Assembly (NCBI GenBank): GCA_040902195.1
Contig: JBBDXS010000002.1
Coordinates: 100,441 to 164,440, forward strand
Source of the DNA: Dehalococcoidia bacterium
Lineage (GTDB): Bacteria; Chloroflexota; Dehalococcoidia; DSTF01; RBG-16-68-14
Length of the DNA: 64,000 bases
Direction: 5' to 3'
Shown here piece after piece: positions 48,083 through 59,035 of the stretch (its first letter is position 1; each line of letters opens with the position of its first letter). A program made the position numbers and the translations under genes. The notes beneath the pieces are model-generated. The model did not search any database, was not told the DNA's origin, and saw only the letters and a program-made list of their open reading frames with translations.

Positions 48083-48518
48083 TGTCCCGCGCCCCCACGC
48101 GCTGCACGACCTCGAGCGCTTCGACGGTCGCTGTGTGCGGATGGTAGCGAACGCGCACGCGATCGCCCAGGTCGACATGGATCTCCTGCTCCGGCGACAG
48201 GCGAAACACGTTGCGTTCGACGAACACGTAGGTATTGCGGAAGACCATGAACTCGTGTCGGCTCCAGCGACGCTCTACCAGCCCTTCCCGTTCGACGGGC
48301 TGCGTGAGCAGGTCGCGCAGCGACTGCACGACCTGGTAGCCGAGCAGCAGTGCGACGAGCCCCATCAGGACGGAGCCGACGATTGAACCGGTGCCCTGAC
48401 CGCTGAGCGCATCCGATAGCAAGGCTGCGAATCCGGCGAGGGCGATCGCCAGGAAGGGCGAGAAGAGCACTATGCTGCGAACGAGGGCCGTTCGGGCGGT
48501 CGGATGGCTCGCGATCAA
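48075..48518 (-). CDS. Hypothetical membrane protein (2 TM + small beta domain)
   Basis: Two hydrophobic helices, operon position, [10 protein letters not shown]. Confidence 0.65.
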   Translation of the reverse strand: MIASHPTARTALVRSIVLFSPFLAIALAGFAALLSDALSGQGTGSIVGSVLMGLVALLLGYQVVQSLRDLLTQPVEREGLVERRWSRHEFMVFRNTYVFVERNVFRLSPEQEIHVDLGDRVRVRYHPHTATVEALEVVQRVGARDNE

Positions 48519-48527
48519 CGCGCACTC

Positions 48528-49061
48528 CTAGGGCAGGACCAGCGTCTGACCGGGGCTGATCGGCGTATCGACCGAGGGCAGGCCGCTCGCCGCGGCGATC
48601 TGCTGGGCGTAGGTCACGCTATCGACGCCCGGAGGTACGTTCGCCTCTGCGATGCTGTACAGGTTGTCGCCGTCCTGAACGACGTAGGTGCGCGGGCCGG
48701 CCGTGGCGGTGGGCTCCGCGCCCGGGGTGCCTGGCGTCGTCTCTGCCAGCGGCGTCGAGGTCGCGCCGGGTGTCACGGTACCCGGCGTATTGGTCGCGCG
48801 GGTCACCGGCGTCGACGTGGCGTCCGTGATGATGACGGCCTCGCCACCGCCCGAGCCGGGCGGGCGCACGAGCAGCCACAGCGCGACAGCCGTGGCGATG
48901 AGCAGCGCCAGCAGCGAGCCGCGGTACAGGTTGAACGATGGGAGGGTACTCGCAGGGCTAAGACATTCGGCGCAGAGATCGCCGCCGTGCAACTCGCAGT
49001 AGACGCGTGCGCAGCGGCGACACTGGCGCGTCGCCTCATTCGTGCAGGCGTAACATTCCAT
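48528..49061 (-). CDS. Zn-finger + TM + LysM protein
   Basis: CxxC...CxxC...C.LH...CxxC N-terminus; TM; YVVQDGDNLYSIA...ISPGQTLVLP. Confidence 0.85.
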   Translation of the reverse strand: MECYACTNEATRQCRRCARVYCELHGGDLCAECLSPASTLPSFNLYRGSLLALLIATAVALWLLVRPPGSGGGEAVIITDATSTPVTRATNTPGTVTPGATSTPLAETTPGTPGAEPTATAGPRTYVVQDGDNLYSIAEANVPPGVDSVTYAQQIAAASGLPSVDTPISPGQTLVLP

Positions 49062-49185
49062 GGGCCTCGACTATAGCAGCTTGGCCAGCCGCAGGCCACC
49101 GCAGCGCTCGTAGGGGCACGGCAAAGAAGGCTTCGCGCGCTCGCCGGCACGACACCGGCGAAGAGCGCACGGCCGCGACACGCAG

Positions 49186-49216
49186 CAGCCCCTCGCCCAT
49201 AGTGCGAGGGGCTGAA
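49186..49216 (-). terminator. Hairpin downstream of rplL
   Basis: CAGCCCCTCGC-loop-GCGAGGGGCTG. Confidence 0.55.
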
Positions 49217-49232
49217 GACGGGAACCGAGGTG

Positions 49233-49622
49233 TTAGGACAGCTCGGCCGTCGCGCCGGCTTCCTCGAGCTTTTTCTTGACGTTCGCGGCTTCTTCCTTGT
49301 TGACGTCTTCCTTCACGGCGACAGGCGCGGACTCGACGAGGTCCTTCGCTTCCTTGAGGCCGAGTGTCGTCACCTCACGCACCGCCTTGATGACGTTGAT
49401 CTTGTTCGCGCCGATATCCTTGAGCGTGACCGTGAACTCGGTCTTTTCTTCAACCGCCTCGGCCGGAGCGGCGGGACCGCCTGCCGCCGGCGCCATGGCC
49501 ATCGCCATCGGCGCAGCCGCCGTCACGCCGAACTCCTCCTCGATCATCTTGTTGAGATCGCGGAGCTCGATCACCGTCATGTCCTTGATCAGGTCGAAGA
49601 CCTGGTCTACTTTAGCTGCCAT
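49233..49622 (-). CDS. rplL: 50S ribosomal protein L7/L12
   Basis: [37 protein letters not shown]. Confidence 0.98.
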   Translation of the reverse strand: MAAKVDQVFDLIKDMTVIELRDLNKMIEEEFGVTAAAPMAMAMAPAAGGPAAPAEAVEEKTEFTVTLKDIGANKINVIKAVREVTTLGLKEAKDLVESAPVAVKEDVNKEEAANVKKKLEEAGATAELS

Positions 49623-49670
49623 ATCGTGTTTCCTCCTCTGCCTTGATGACGTTTCGTTGGCGGCGGCTCG

Positions 49671-50231
49671 TTACGCCGCCTCGACTTGCTTCGCGCGCGC
49701 CTCGAGCAGGCCCGCGAACGTGTACATCGTGTCGTTCAGCAGACGGCCCGGCGGGACCGTCAGAATGCTGCGCACCAGCCCCGCAAAGTTCGCGATGGGC
49801 GACTGCAGCCCGCCTGCGATTTTCGCCAGCAGCTCCGGCTTCGAGGGCAGCGTGGCGAGCGATTGCAGGTCGGCGAGACTGAGGAGCTGGCCGTCCATGA
49901 CGCCATTCCGCACCGCGAACGTGTTGCGGGCGGTGCGCATGTACTCCGTGACGATCTTCGCGGGCGCGATGATGTCGTCGAAGCCGAAGATGATCGCTGT
50001 CGGCCCCTTGAGCAGGTCAGCCATCTCGGGCTTGCCCGCGGCGGTGGCGGCACGTAAGAAGAGCCGGTTCTTGACGACGCGCAGCTCGACGCCGGCGTCG
50101 CGGACGGCGCGCCGGAGCTGGAGCATCGCCGAGACGGAGAGCCCGGCGTAATCGGCTGCGATCGCGATGGTGCTGCGCTCGATGCGCTCACGCAGCTCCT
50201 CGACCGTCTCGATCTTGCGTTGTGTTGCCAT
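49671..50231 (-). CDS. rplJ: 50S ribosomal protein L10
   Basis: ADYAGLSV, VVKNRL, LKGPTAI, LATLPS; SD GGAGG. Confidence 0.97.
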   Translation of the reverse strand: MATQRKIETVEELRERIERSTIAIAADYAGLSVSAMLQLRRAVRDAGVELRVVKNRLFLRAATAAGKPEMADLLKGPTAIIFGFDDIIAPAKIVTEYMRTARNTFAVRNGVMDGQLLSLADLQSLATLPSKPELLAKIAGGLQSPIANFAGLVRSILTVPPGRLLNDTMYTFAGLLEARAKQVEAA

Positions 50232-50244
50232 GTGTTCCTCCGCT

Positions 50245-50400
50245 GGAACGCAAAACGCGCCCTGCTTCCAAAGACAGGGCGCGAGCATTACGAAACGAAG
50301 CGGCGGCACCCGGCCGCGTAGCTCTGCTTGCTCTACACCTCGGCGGGCGCTTGCGCCTTAATCACCTCTCGGAGGCGAACCCGCTATCTTCGGCGACTTC
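50245..50400 (-). promoter_or_regulatory. L10 leader autoregulatory RNA with attenuator-like hairpin
   Basis: CCGAAGATAGCGGGT...TTAA...CCCGCCGAGG, then GCGCCCTG...CAGGGCGC-GTTTT upstream of rplJ. Confidence 0.8.
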
Positions 50401-50464
50401 CGCATGATAGAAGACGTTGCAGCGGGGCGCAAGCGCGCCTTCGCTGCGGGGCTGAGTGTTAGCT

Positions 50465-51175
50465 TTATGCGGCCTGCAGCGCTAGGGTGGGCGCCAGGTC
50501 GAGCCGGATACCGGGGCCCATCGTCGTGGCCAGCGTGATGCTGCGAATGAACTGTCCCTTCGCGCCGGAGGGCTTCGCCTTCACGATCTCCGAGACAAGC
50601 ATGGACAGGTTTTCGAGCAGCTTATCCTCGTCGAAGCTTGCTTTGCCGATGGGGCAATGGATGATCGACGTGCGGTCGAGCCGGAACTCGACGCGTCCCT
50701 GCATGGCGTCTCGCACGGCCTTCGCGATATCGGCGCCTTCGACAACGGTGCCTGCGCGCGGATTCGGCATGAGTCCGCGCGGACCGAGTACGCGGCCAAG
50801 CCGGCCGACTTTGCCCATCAGCTCGCGCTGAGCGAGCGCGACATCGAAGTCGAACCAGCCGTCCTCGACGCGCTTGATCAGCTCGTCAGCGCCGACGACG
50901 TCAGCGCCGGCCTCCTGGGCGGCGCGCGCCGCGTCACCTTCCGCGAAGACAACCACACGCAGCGACTTGCCGAGGCCGTTCGGGAGTAGCGCTGTGCCAC
51001 GGAGCTGCTGCTCCGCGTGGCGCGGGTCGAGCGTGGTCCGAATGTGCAACTCGACGGTCTCGTCGAACTTCGCGTAGGAGGTCTCCTTGGCGAGCTTGAC
51101 CGCCTCTTCCGGTGTGTAGACGCGCGCGTCATCAACCAGCGCCGCCTTCTCGAGATACTTCTTCCCACGCTTCAT
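50465..51175 (-). CDS. rplA: 50S ribosomal protein L1
   Basis: [28 protein letters not shown]. Confidence 0.98.
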   Translation of the reverse strand: MKRGKKYLEKAALVDDARVYTPEEAVKLAKETSYAKFDETVELHIRTTLDPRHAEQQLRGTALLPNGLGKSLRVVVFAEGDAARAAQEAGADVVGADELIKRVEDGWFDFDVALAQRELMGKVGRLGRVLGPRGLMPNPRAGTVVEGADIAKAVRDAMQGRVEFRLDRTSIIHCPIGKASFDEDKLLENLSMLVSEIVKAKPSGAKGQFIRSITLATTMGPGIRLDLAPTLALQAA

Positions 51176-51543
51176 TGTGACAACCTCCCCACGCGAAGTC
51201 CCGTCACCGGAACCAGACGCTGATGCACCGGATCGGGCGCCAGGAGAAACTGTTCGAGCGTGACGGCGCCGAGCGCCGGCTGCTCTCCGCTGTCGGCAAA
51301 AACGCAGACGGTCGTGAACACCTCGCTACCAATCCGCACTGGGGCCTCTCCCACATCGCGTTCTACTACCCGGCCATCTCCGATCTCGAAGGCCTTCCTC
51401 GTGGTGGGGAAATGTCCGAGCTCCTGAAGCAACGACCGTGGCAGCCAAGAAAACGTTGCGCCGGTGTCGACGAGGAGCTGCACTTCGCGAAACTGGGTGC
51501 GGTCTGGAGAACCAACCTCAACCGTGACCGACAACCTCCCCAC
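51172..51543 (-). CDS. Clan AA (retropepsin-like) aspartic protease
   Basis: [10 protein letters not shown] catalytic motif, IGDGR flap, [14 protein letters not shown]. Confidence 0.85.
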   Translation of the reverse strand: MGRLSVTVEVGSPDRTQFREVQLLVDTGATFSWLPRSLLQELGHFPTTRKAFEIGDGRVVERDVGEAPVRIGSEVFTTVCVFADSGEQPALGAVTLEQFLLAPDPVHQRLVPVTGLRVGRLSQ

Positions 51544-51544
51544 G

Positions 51545-51967
51545 TTAGACCACCTCCAGGCCCATGCTGCGCGCCGTCCCTTCGATCTGCTTCATCGCCG
51601 CTTCGAGATCGTGTGCGTTGAGATCGCGCATTTTTACCTCGGCGATCTGGCGGACCTGGTCGCGCGTGACCTGGCCGACCTTCTCCCGGAGCTGCGCGGG
51701 GCTGCCCTTCGGCACGCCGGCAGCTCGCTTCAGCATGTCCGACGCCGGAGGGGTCTTGAGCACGAACGTAAACGAGCGGTCTTCGAAGACCGTGATCTCG
51801 ACCGGCACAATCGTCCCGGCCTGGTTCGCCGTCTTCTCGTTGTATTCTTTGCAGAACGCCATGATGTTGACGCCGTGCTGGCCGAGCGCCGGGCCTACGG
51901 GCGGCGCCGGGTTCGCCTTGCCGGCATCGATCTGCAGCTTGATAATCGCGCGGACTTTCTTGGCCAT
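51545..51967 (-). CDS. rplK: 50S ribosomal protein L11
   Basis: [36 protein letters not shown]. Confidence 0.98.
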   Translation of the reverse strand: MAKKVRAIIKLQIDAGKANPAPPVGPALGQHGVNIMAFCKEYNEKTANQAGTIVPVEITVFEDRSFTFVLKTPPASDMLKRAAGVPKGSPAQLREKVGQVTRDQVRQIAEVKMRDLNAHDLEAAMKQIEGTARSMGLEVV

Positions 51968-52618
51968 CTAGAGTTTCCCCACCTGCAGGAAGTCGAGCTC
52001 GACGGGCGTCTCACGGCCGAAGAAGGAGACGAGTACCTTGACCTTCCCCTTTTCGAGGTTGATGTCATCGACCTGACCGACGAAGTCCTGGAAGGGACCG
52101 TCGACGATACGGACGCTTTGACCGATAATGAAGCCGACCTTGATCTTGGGCTGCTCGACGCGCATCTGGCGCAGGATGCGGCGCACCTCTCCCTCCTCAA
52201 GGGGGATCGGGCGCGTGCCGGAGCCGACGAAGCCGGTGACGCCGGGCGTGTTGCGCACGACGAACCAGGCCTGGTTGGACTTCGGGTCGTCCTCTTTGAG
52301 CTCGACCATCTGCACGAGAATGTAGCCGGGGAAGATTTTCTTCGAGACCGTCCGGCGCTGGCCTTCGCGGATCTCGATCTCGTCCTCCGTCGGCACGACG
52401 ACGCGAAAGATCAGGTCCTTCGCGTCCATCGAAGCGATGCGGTGCTCGAGGTTCGTCTGCACCTTGTTCTCGTGGCCCGAGTACGTGTGGATGATGTACC
52501 AGACCTTCCCCTCTTCGAAAGCTTCTTCTTCGGTGGGGATGTGACGCTTCGGATCAACGGCCTCTTCCGAGGCCGCCTCGTCTGCGGCGGTCAGGACTTT
52601 CTTCTGTTTCACAGCCAT
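51968..52618 (-). CDS. nusG: Transcription termination/antitermination factor NusG
   Basis: WYIIHTYSGHE, FPGYILV, VRNTPGVTGFVG, GPF, FGRETPVEL. Confidence 0.97.
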   Translation of the reverse strand: MAVKQKKVLTAADEAASEEAVDPKRHIPTEEEAFEEGKVWYIIHTYSGHENKVQTNLEHRIASMDAKDLIFRVVVPTEDEIEIREGQRRTVSKKIFPGYILVQMVELKEDDPKSNQAWFVVRNTPGVTGFVGSGTRPIPLEEGEVRRILRQMRVEQPKIKVGFIIGQSVRIVDGPFQDFVGQVDDINLEKGKVKVLVSFFGRETPVELDFLQVGKL

Positions 52619-52624
52619 GATGAA

Positions 52625-52933
52625 TTACGGAATGATGACGCGGTCGATAGCCCAGTTGAAGAACATATCGACGCCGCCCAGGAAGATTCCTATCGTGATG
52701 GACACGATCAGTACGACCACGGTGAGGTATTGTGTGTCTTCCCGGCTCGGCCACGTCACTTTGCGGAGCTCGGCGATGATGTCCATCGCCCACGTGGGCC
52801 GCAGCAAGCTGGAGAGGCCGCGAGCCTCGTGTCCGGACCGCGGGCGGGGCGTGCCGGGCCGGATCTGCGGCGGCCTGGCAGGCTTGCCGGGCTTGGCGCT
52901 GCTAACTGGATGCCGTCTGAGCGCTCGACTCAT
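52625..52933 (-). CDS. secE: Preprotein translocase subunit SecE
   Basis: ELRKVTWPSR + single TM; position before nusG. Confidence 0.92.
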   Translation of the reverse strand: MSRALRRHPVSSAKPGKPARPPQIRPGTPRPRSGHEARGLSSLLRPTWAMDIIAELRKVTWPSREDTQYLTVVVLIVSITIGIFLGGVDMFFNWAIDRVIIP

Positions 52934-52951
52934 CGCTGCTCCCGTTCCGCC

Positions 52952-53116
52952 CTACCGCACTTCTCGGTGCACGCGATGTTCGCGGCAGCGCGGGCAGTAC
53001 TTGTTGAGCTCCAGGCGGTCTGGATCGTTGCGGCGGTTCTTCGTCGTCGTGTAGCTGCGCTCCCGGCAGTCCGGGCACGCAAGCGTGATCACGAGACGGT
53101 CTTCTTTCTTCGCCAC
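52952..53116 (-). CDS. rpmG: 50S ribosomal protein L33 (Zn-ribbon form)
   Basis: Manual translation from GTG: [53 protein letters not shown]. Confidence 0.96.
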   Translation of the reverse strand: MAKKEDRLVITLACPDCRERSYTTTKNRRNDPDRLELNKYCPRCREHRVHREVR

Positions 53117-53131
53117 GGTTCCTCCGCCTGG

Positions 53132-54334
<1,203 letters not shown>

Positions 54335-54415
54335 GGCCGTGTTCCTCCTCGTTTGTTCTGTTGCCGCGGCATCGGGCCGCGAGTGGTGTACTTCGCCTGA
54401 AGCTCGTTTGCCAAC

Positions 54416-54491
54416 TGGAGCCCACAATCGGATTCGAACCGATGACCTCGCCCTTACCAAGGGCGTGCTCTGCCAACTGAGCTATGTGGGC
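54416..54491 (-). tRNA. tRNA-Thr(GGT)
   Basis: Cloverleaf with anticodon arm CGCCC-TT GGT AA-GGGCG; CCA end. Confidence 0.97.
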
Positions 54492-54563
54492 TTGCTGCCT
54501 GCTCGTGGCTGGCAGCTTCCTTACCAATTCTGGGCCGTTCCAGCTCCCGGCGTCAACTCTCGC

Positions 54564-54651
54564 TGGTGGAGGGGGCAGGATTCGAACCTGCGTAACCCGT
54601 CAGGGTACCGATTTTACAGACCGGTCGTTTTAGCCACTCACGCACCCCTCC
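54564..54651 (-). tRNA. tRNA-Tyr(GTA)
   Basis: Anticodon arm CCGGT-CT GTA AA-ATCGG, long variable arm, CCA end. Confidence 0.96.
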
Positions 54652-54661
54652 AAAGGCGCGG

Positions 54662-54737
54662 TGGAGCCCGCGAGGGGATTCGAACCCACTAACCTACCGA
54701 TTACAAATCGGTTGCGCTACCGTTGCGCCACGCGGGC
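54662..54737 (-). tRNA. tRNA-Thr(TGT)
   Basis: Anticodon arm ACCGA-TT TGT AA-TCGGT; CCA end. Confidence 0.96.
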
Positions 54738-54792
54738 CCGCGTGCCTAGGGCCTAACAAAATTACGCCCCCGACACGTCGGGGTTGTACCTC

Positions 54793-54822
54793 AGTATATG
54801 AGGCGATAATCGAGCAAGTCAA
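54793..54822 (-). promoter_or_regulatory. Sigma70-type promoter of the tRNA-tuf operon
   Basis: TTGACT-N18-TATACT. Confidence 0.7.
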
Positions 54823-54828
54823 GAAGGG

Positions 54829-54856
54829 GTAGGGGCGTTCAATTGAACGCCCCTAC
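54829..54856. repeat. GTAG-type REP-like perfect palindrome
   Basis: GTAGGGGCGTTCAATTGAACGCCCCTAC. Confidence 0.85.
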
Positions 54857-54878
54857 CGTATGCCCGCGCCGCTATCCG

Positions 54879-55607
54879 CTACTGCAGTCCGTAGACGACC
54901 TGGACGCTGACCTGCACCTCGAGCTGGCCCGTCTCGATTGGCGTGCTGGTGTCTGCGGCCTGGAATGCCGCCTCGGCCCCGAACGAGACCGGCACCGGGC
55001 CGCCCGTCTCGGAGATCGAGATGGGCTCTCCCAATTCGACGCCGCCGGCGTCCGCAAGCGTCTCGGCCTTCGCACGCGCCTCGGCCATCGCGTCGCGACG
55101 CGCCTGCTCCTCGAGCGTGGATGGATCATCGATCGTGAACGAGAGGCTCTCGACACGCGCCAGGTTTCCGCCCGCGGTGACCGCGGCGTCGAGCAGGTCG
55201 CCCGTGTCATCGATGGCGCGGACCTTCGCGGTCACGATGTTGCTCACGGTAAAGCCGATCAGCTCCTGCTTGTTGCCGCTGTAATCGTATTGCGGCTGGA
55301 CGGAGACGCGCTGCGTCTGGATATCGTTTTCGGCGACGCCTCCATCCTTGAGCGCGTTGAGCATCGCGTCCATCGAGGCAGCGGCCTGCTCTCGAGCGTC
55401 GCCCACGCTTTGGGCGCTGGCATCGACGCCGAGCGTGATAAGTGCGACGTCTGGTTCGCCGAACACGGAGCCCGAGCCGCTCACGGTGACGCCCGGCGCC
55501 TCGCTATTCGACGGCAGAACCGTCGTCGAATCGTCTGTACAGCCAATACCCAGGAACGCCAGCGCGACGGCGATGGCCGCTCCCAACAGGACGTGTCGCT
55601 TTTTCAT
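54879..55607 (-). CDS. SIMPL (DUF541) domain lipoprotein
   Basis: LGIGC lipobox, VTVSGSG.V...PDVA, DIQT, A..KAETLA, VQVVY; SD AAGGAGG. Confidence 0.92.
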   Translation of the reverse strand: MKKRHVLLGAAIAVALAFLGIGCTDDSTTVLPSNSEAPGVTVSGSGSVFGEPDVALITLGVDASAQSVGDAREQAAASMDAMLNALKDGGVAENDIQTQRVSVQPQYDYSGNKQELIGFTVSNIVTAKVRAIDDTGDLLDAAVTAGGNLARVESLSFTIDDPSTLEEQARRDAMAEARAKAETLADAGGVELGEPISISETGGPVPVSFGAEAAFQAADTSTPIETGQLEVQVSVQVVYGLQ

Positions 55608-55682
55608 GCTGTCCTCCTTACGGGCCCGCTTTGCATAAGCCGAAACGGGCCCTATGCTATATAGTGAAAAGACGCGCAGACC

Positions 55683-56846
55683 ATGTCCGAAGTTCCCCCC
55701 ACTCCATTTAACCCGAACGATCCGGCCGCCAAGGGCGAGCCGCAGAGCGACGCTCCCGAGAGCGCGCCGCCGCCGCCCGACGTACCGCCGGTACCACCGC
55801 CGGCACCCTTCGGGACGCGCCGCGTGCCGCTGACGCGGGGTTCCGACATCCCGCCCTTCGAGCCGCCGGTACGGAGCAGCCCCCCACGCCCGCTCGATCC
55901 GCCAACGAGCACTGACGCGCCCAGCGTTGAACCCGTCGCGCCGCAAGCGCAGCCGCCCGCCGCGCCCAGCTTCAGCTCGGGCGCTGACGCAGTCGCGTCT
56001 CGCTTCGAGCCTGTCGAAGTGCAGGCGGAGGCGTTCGCCCCACCCCCAAAGCCGGTGGCGGTGAGCACGACAGGCGTGCCACACTACGGGCCGCCCGCGG
56101 CGCCGCCGTTTTCGTACGGCCCCGGTATCTCTACAGGCGAAACGGCGATCTCGCCGCCGCGCCGTCCTCGATCGCTGGTCCGCCCCGTCGTGCGCGGCGT
56201 GCGCGAGCTGGCGGAGACGATCATACTCGCACTGCTGATCTTCTTGCTTGTACGGGCAGTTGTGCAGAACTTCCAGGTCGAAGGCAGCAGCATGGACCCG
56301 ACGTTCAAGGACGGCTGGTACCTGCTCGTGAACAAGGCGATCTACTGGGAGGTCAACCTCGAAACGATCCACAAGTTCGTGCCGTTTGTTGAGCCGGGCG
56401 ATGATCCGACGCGCTTCATTTTCCGCGGGCCTCGACGCGGCGACATCATCGTCTTCCACCCGCCGACGGAGTCCGGCGAACCGTCCGAACGCGACTTCAT
56501 CAAGCGCGTGATCGGTTTGCCTAACGAAACGGTGGAAGTACACGACTGCACGGTCTTCATCAACGGCGAGCCGCTGGAGGAGCCCTACCTGACACAGCCG
56601 ATCGCCGGTACATTCGAACCGTTTACCGTGCCGCCGGACCAGTACTTCGTCATGGGGGACAACCGCAACAACAGCTCCGACTCCCGGTCATTCCACGGCG
56701 TTCCTAAGGAGAACATCATCGGCATGGCGTGGCTGACCTACTGGCCGATGGACATCTTCGACTTAGTCGATAACCACGCGGCGAAGCCCGGTGACGTCTT
56801 GGATCCGCCCAAGACGCCCGTTGTCTGTCCAGATTCGACGCCCTGA
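55683..56846 (+). CDS. lepB: Signal peptidase I with long Pro-rich N-terminal extension
   Basis: VEGSSMDPT, RGDIIVF, FIKRVIGLP, YFVMGDNRNNSSDSR. Confidence 0.93.
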   Translation: MSEVPPTPFNPNDPAAKGEPQSDAPESAPPPPDVPPVPPPAPFGTRRVPLTRGSDIPPFEPPVRSSPPRPLDPPTSTDAPSVEPVAPQAQPPAAPSFSSGADAVASRFEPVEVQAEAFAPPPKPVAVSTTGVPHYGPPAAPPFSYGPGISTGETAISPPRRPRSLVRPVVRGVRELAETIILALLIFLLVRAVVQNFQVEGSSMDPTFKDGWYLLVNKAIYWEVNLETIHKFVPFVEPGDDPTRFIFRGPRRGDIIVFHPPTESGEPSERDFIKRVIGLPNETVEVHDCTVFINGEPLEEPYLTQPIAGTFEPFTVPPDQYFVMGDNRNNSSDSRSFHGVPKENIIGMAWLTYWPMDIFDLVDNHAAKPGDVLDPPKTPVVCPDSTP

Positions 56847-56859
56847 GGCGGGACAGACC

Positions 56860-57393
56860 ATGACCGCGATACTCGTCACCGGCCGTCCCGGCTCCGGCAA
56901 GACCACGCTCGTGCGCGCGGTCATCAAAGCTCTCGAGGCGCCGGCGGGCGGGTTCTTTACGCGCGAGCTGCGCGACGTCAGCGGTTCGCGCACAGGCTTC
57001 GAGATCGTCACGCTGGACGGCGCGACTGCCACACTCGCATCGATCGACATCGACGGGCCGCGCGTGGGGCGCTACGGCGTCGACATCGCCGCGCTCGATC
57101 GCGTCGGCGTGCCAGCGATCGCGACCGCGATCGAACACGGGCGTATTGTTGTAATCGATGAGATCGGCAAGATGGAGCTGCTCTCGACGACGTTTCAGCG
57201 CGCGGTGATCGAGGCCGTCCGCCTCCATCGCGTCATCTTCGGCAGCATCATACAGGCCGCGCACCCGTTCGCGGACGAGCTGAAGGCGCAGCCGGACGTG
57301 TTCGTACACGAACTGAACGCCGGAAACCGCGAGCAGCTCCGCGGCCTGCTTGAGGCGCAGCTACTGGGTGCGCTCGGGCGCTTTTCCGTGTAG
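56860..57393 (+). CDS. THEP1-family nucleoside triphosphatase
   Basis: TGRPGSGKTT, GGFFT.E, VGRYGVD, VIDEIGKMEL. Confidence 0.92.
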   Translation: MTAILVTGRPGSGKTTLVRAVIKALEAPAGGFFTRELRDVSGSRTGFEIVTLDGATATLASIDIDGPRVGRYGVDIAALDRVGVPAIATAIEHGRIVVIDEIGKMELLSTTFQRAVIEAVRLHRVIFGSIIQAAHPFADELKAQPDVFVHELNAGNREQLRGLLEAQLLGALGRFSV

Positions 57394-57435
57394 TCACAAG
57401 GCGGAAGCCTGGCCCTCGGAACCGGCCGCCGACGT

Positions 57436-58119
57436 CTAGCTTTCCTCGATTGTGACGGAGTCGATCGTGTCGCCGATGGCGATCTGGTTGACGACGTCCA
57501 TGCCCGACGTGACCTTTCCGAACGCGGCGTACTGGCCGTCGAGATAGTTTGCGGCCGTCTTCACGATGAAGAACTGGCTGCCTGCGGAGTTGGGATCGCT
57601 GGTACGCGCCATGCCGATGACGCCCTCGTCGAAGACGGCGCCTTCGAATTCGCCCTGGATCGTGTAGCCGGGGCCGCCCGAGCCGGTGCCGGTGGGATCG
57701 CCGCCCTGGATCACCCAGTCCTCGACGCGATGGAACGTGAGCCCGTCGTAGTAGCCTTTGCAGGCGAGGAAGACGAGATTGTTTGTCGTGACAACCGGGT
57801 CCGTTTCGAGCTCGGCGACGATGTCGCCCTTGCTTGTCTTTATCGTCGCGATGTAGGACTTCGACGTGTCGATGATCTGTGGCGGCGCGGCCGCGAACTG
57901 CTTCTCATCGCTCTTCTGACACTCTTCCGAAAACGATCCCACAGGCGTTATTCCTCCAGTCGTGGCTTGCGGCGTCTCGCCGCCGGGTTCCGTAGCGCTC
58001 GGTGTGTTGTCTCCATACTGGTCCGAAGAGCTGCCGTCCTTTTTATCGTCGGTGCAGGCGCCAAGCACAAGTGCGAAGGCGAGCAGCAGTGCGGCTAGGG
58101 AAGCGAATCGTGTGAACAA
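57436..58119 (-). CDS. Cyclophilin-type peptidyl-prolyl isomerase lipoprotein
   Basis: LGAC lipobox, FHRV..VIQGGDP.GTGSGGPGY, GSQFFI, FGKV. Confidence 0.93.
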   Translation of the reverse strand: MFTRFASLAALLLAFALVLGACTDDKKDGSSSDQYGDNTPSATEPGGETPQATTGGITPVGSFSEECQKSDEKQFAAAPPQIIDTSKSYIATIKTSKGDIVAELETDPVVTTNNLVFLACKGYYDGLTFHRVEDWVIQGGDPTGTGSGGPGYTIQGEFEGAVFDEGVIGMARTSDPNSAGSQFFIVKTAANYLDGQYAAFGKVTSGMDVVNQIAIGDTIDSVTIEES

Positions 58120-58129
58120 TGGTTGACTC

Positions 58130-59035
58130 CTATTCGAAGATCGCGCTGGTGACTTCTTCGATGCTGCGTTGCATATCGACGTCGTCCGTCAGCGCCCAGA
58201 CGACGGCGACCTGGCAGGCGCGCCTGGCCTCGATGCCTTGCGCGACGAGACGGCCGGCGTAGATGAGCAATCGCGTGCTGACGCCCTCGCTCAGGCCGTG
58301 CTCCTTGAGGTTGCGGACCTTCTCACCCAGCTTGGCGAGATCGTCGGCGACGCGTTCGTCAACACCGGCCTCGTGCTGGATGATGCGCGCCTCGACCTCG
58401 CGCGGCGGGTGGCCGAACTCGATCGAGATGAAGCGCTGGCGCGTGCTGTGCTTGAGGTCCTTGAGGGCGCTCTGGTAGCCCGGGTTGTACGAGATGACGA
58501 GCAGGAAGTTGTCGGCCGCCTCGAGAACCTGGCCGCGCTTCTCGATCGGCAGCAGGCGGCGGTGGTCCGTAAGCGGGTGGATGAGCACCGTCGTGTCTTT
58601 GCGCGCCTCGACGACCTCGTCCAGGTAGCAGATGGCGCCGGCCTTTACCGCGCGCGTGAGGGGGCCATCGATCCAGCGCGTGGACTCGCCTTCGAGGAGG
58701 TAGCGGCCGACGAGGTCGGACGCGGTGAGGTCTTCGTGGCAGGCGACGGTGACGAGCGGCAGCGCGTGATCGTCTTCGTCGCTCTCGCCTTGCTTGCCGG
58801 TGGCGTCCTTGATGATCGTGAGCGGGCGGCCGAGCTTCCAGGCCATGAACTCGACGAAGCGGGTCTTGCCGCAGCCTGTCGGGCCCTTGAGGAGCACCGG
58901 GATCTTTTGGGCGAAGGCCGCCTCGAAGAGCTCCACCTCGTCCGCGATCGGGACGTAGTACGGCTCGCGGACCGGGTGGTACTCCTCGATCGCGTACTGG
59001 CGGAACGTGTCGTCGGCCTGCTTCGCGACGGTCAT
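58130..59035 (-). CDS. CbbQ/NirQ/NorQ-family AAA+ ATPase
   Basis: [47 protein letters not shown]. Confidence 0.93.
   Translation of the reverse strand: MTVAKQADDTFRQYAIEEYHPVREPYYVPIADEVELFEAAFAQKIPVLLKGPTGCGKTRFVEFMAWKLGRPLTIIKDATGKQGESDEDDHALPLVTVACHEDLTASDLVGRYLLEGESTRWIDGPLTRAVKAGAICYLDEVVEARKDTTVLIHPLTDHRRLLPIEKRGQVLEAADNFLLVISYNPGYQSALKDLKHSTRQRFISIEFGHPPREVEARIIQHEAGVDERVADDLAKLGEKVRNLKEHGLSEGVSTRLLIYAGRLVAQGIEARRACQVAVVWALTDDVDMQRSIEEVTSAIFE

Noticed and set aside
54335-54460. N-terminal extension of EF-Tu in the ORF track
   Set aside because: Overlaps tRNA-Thr; the canonical MAKQKF start with SD GAGGAGG is at 54334.
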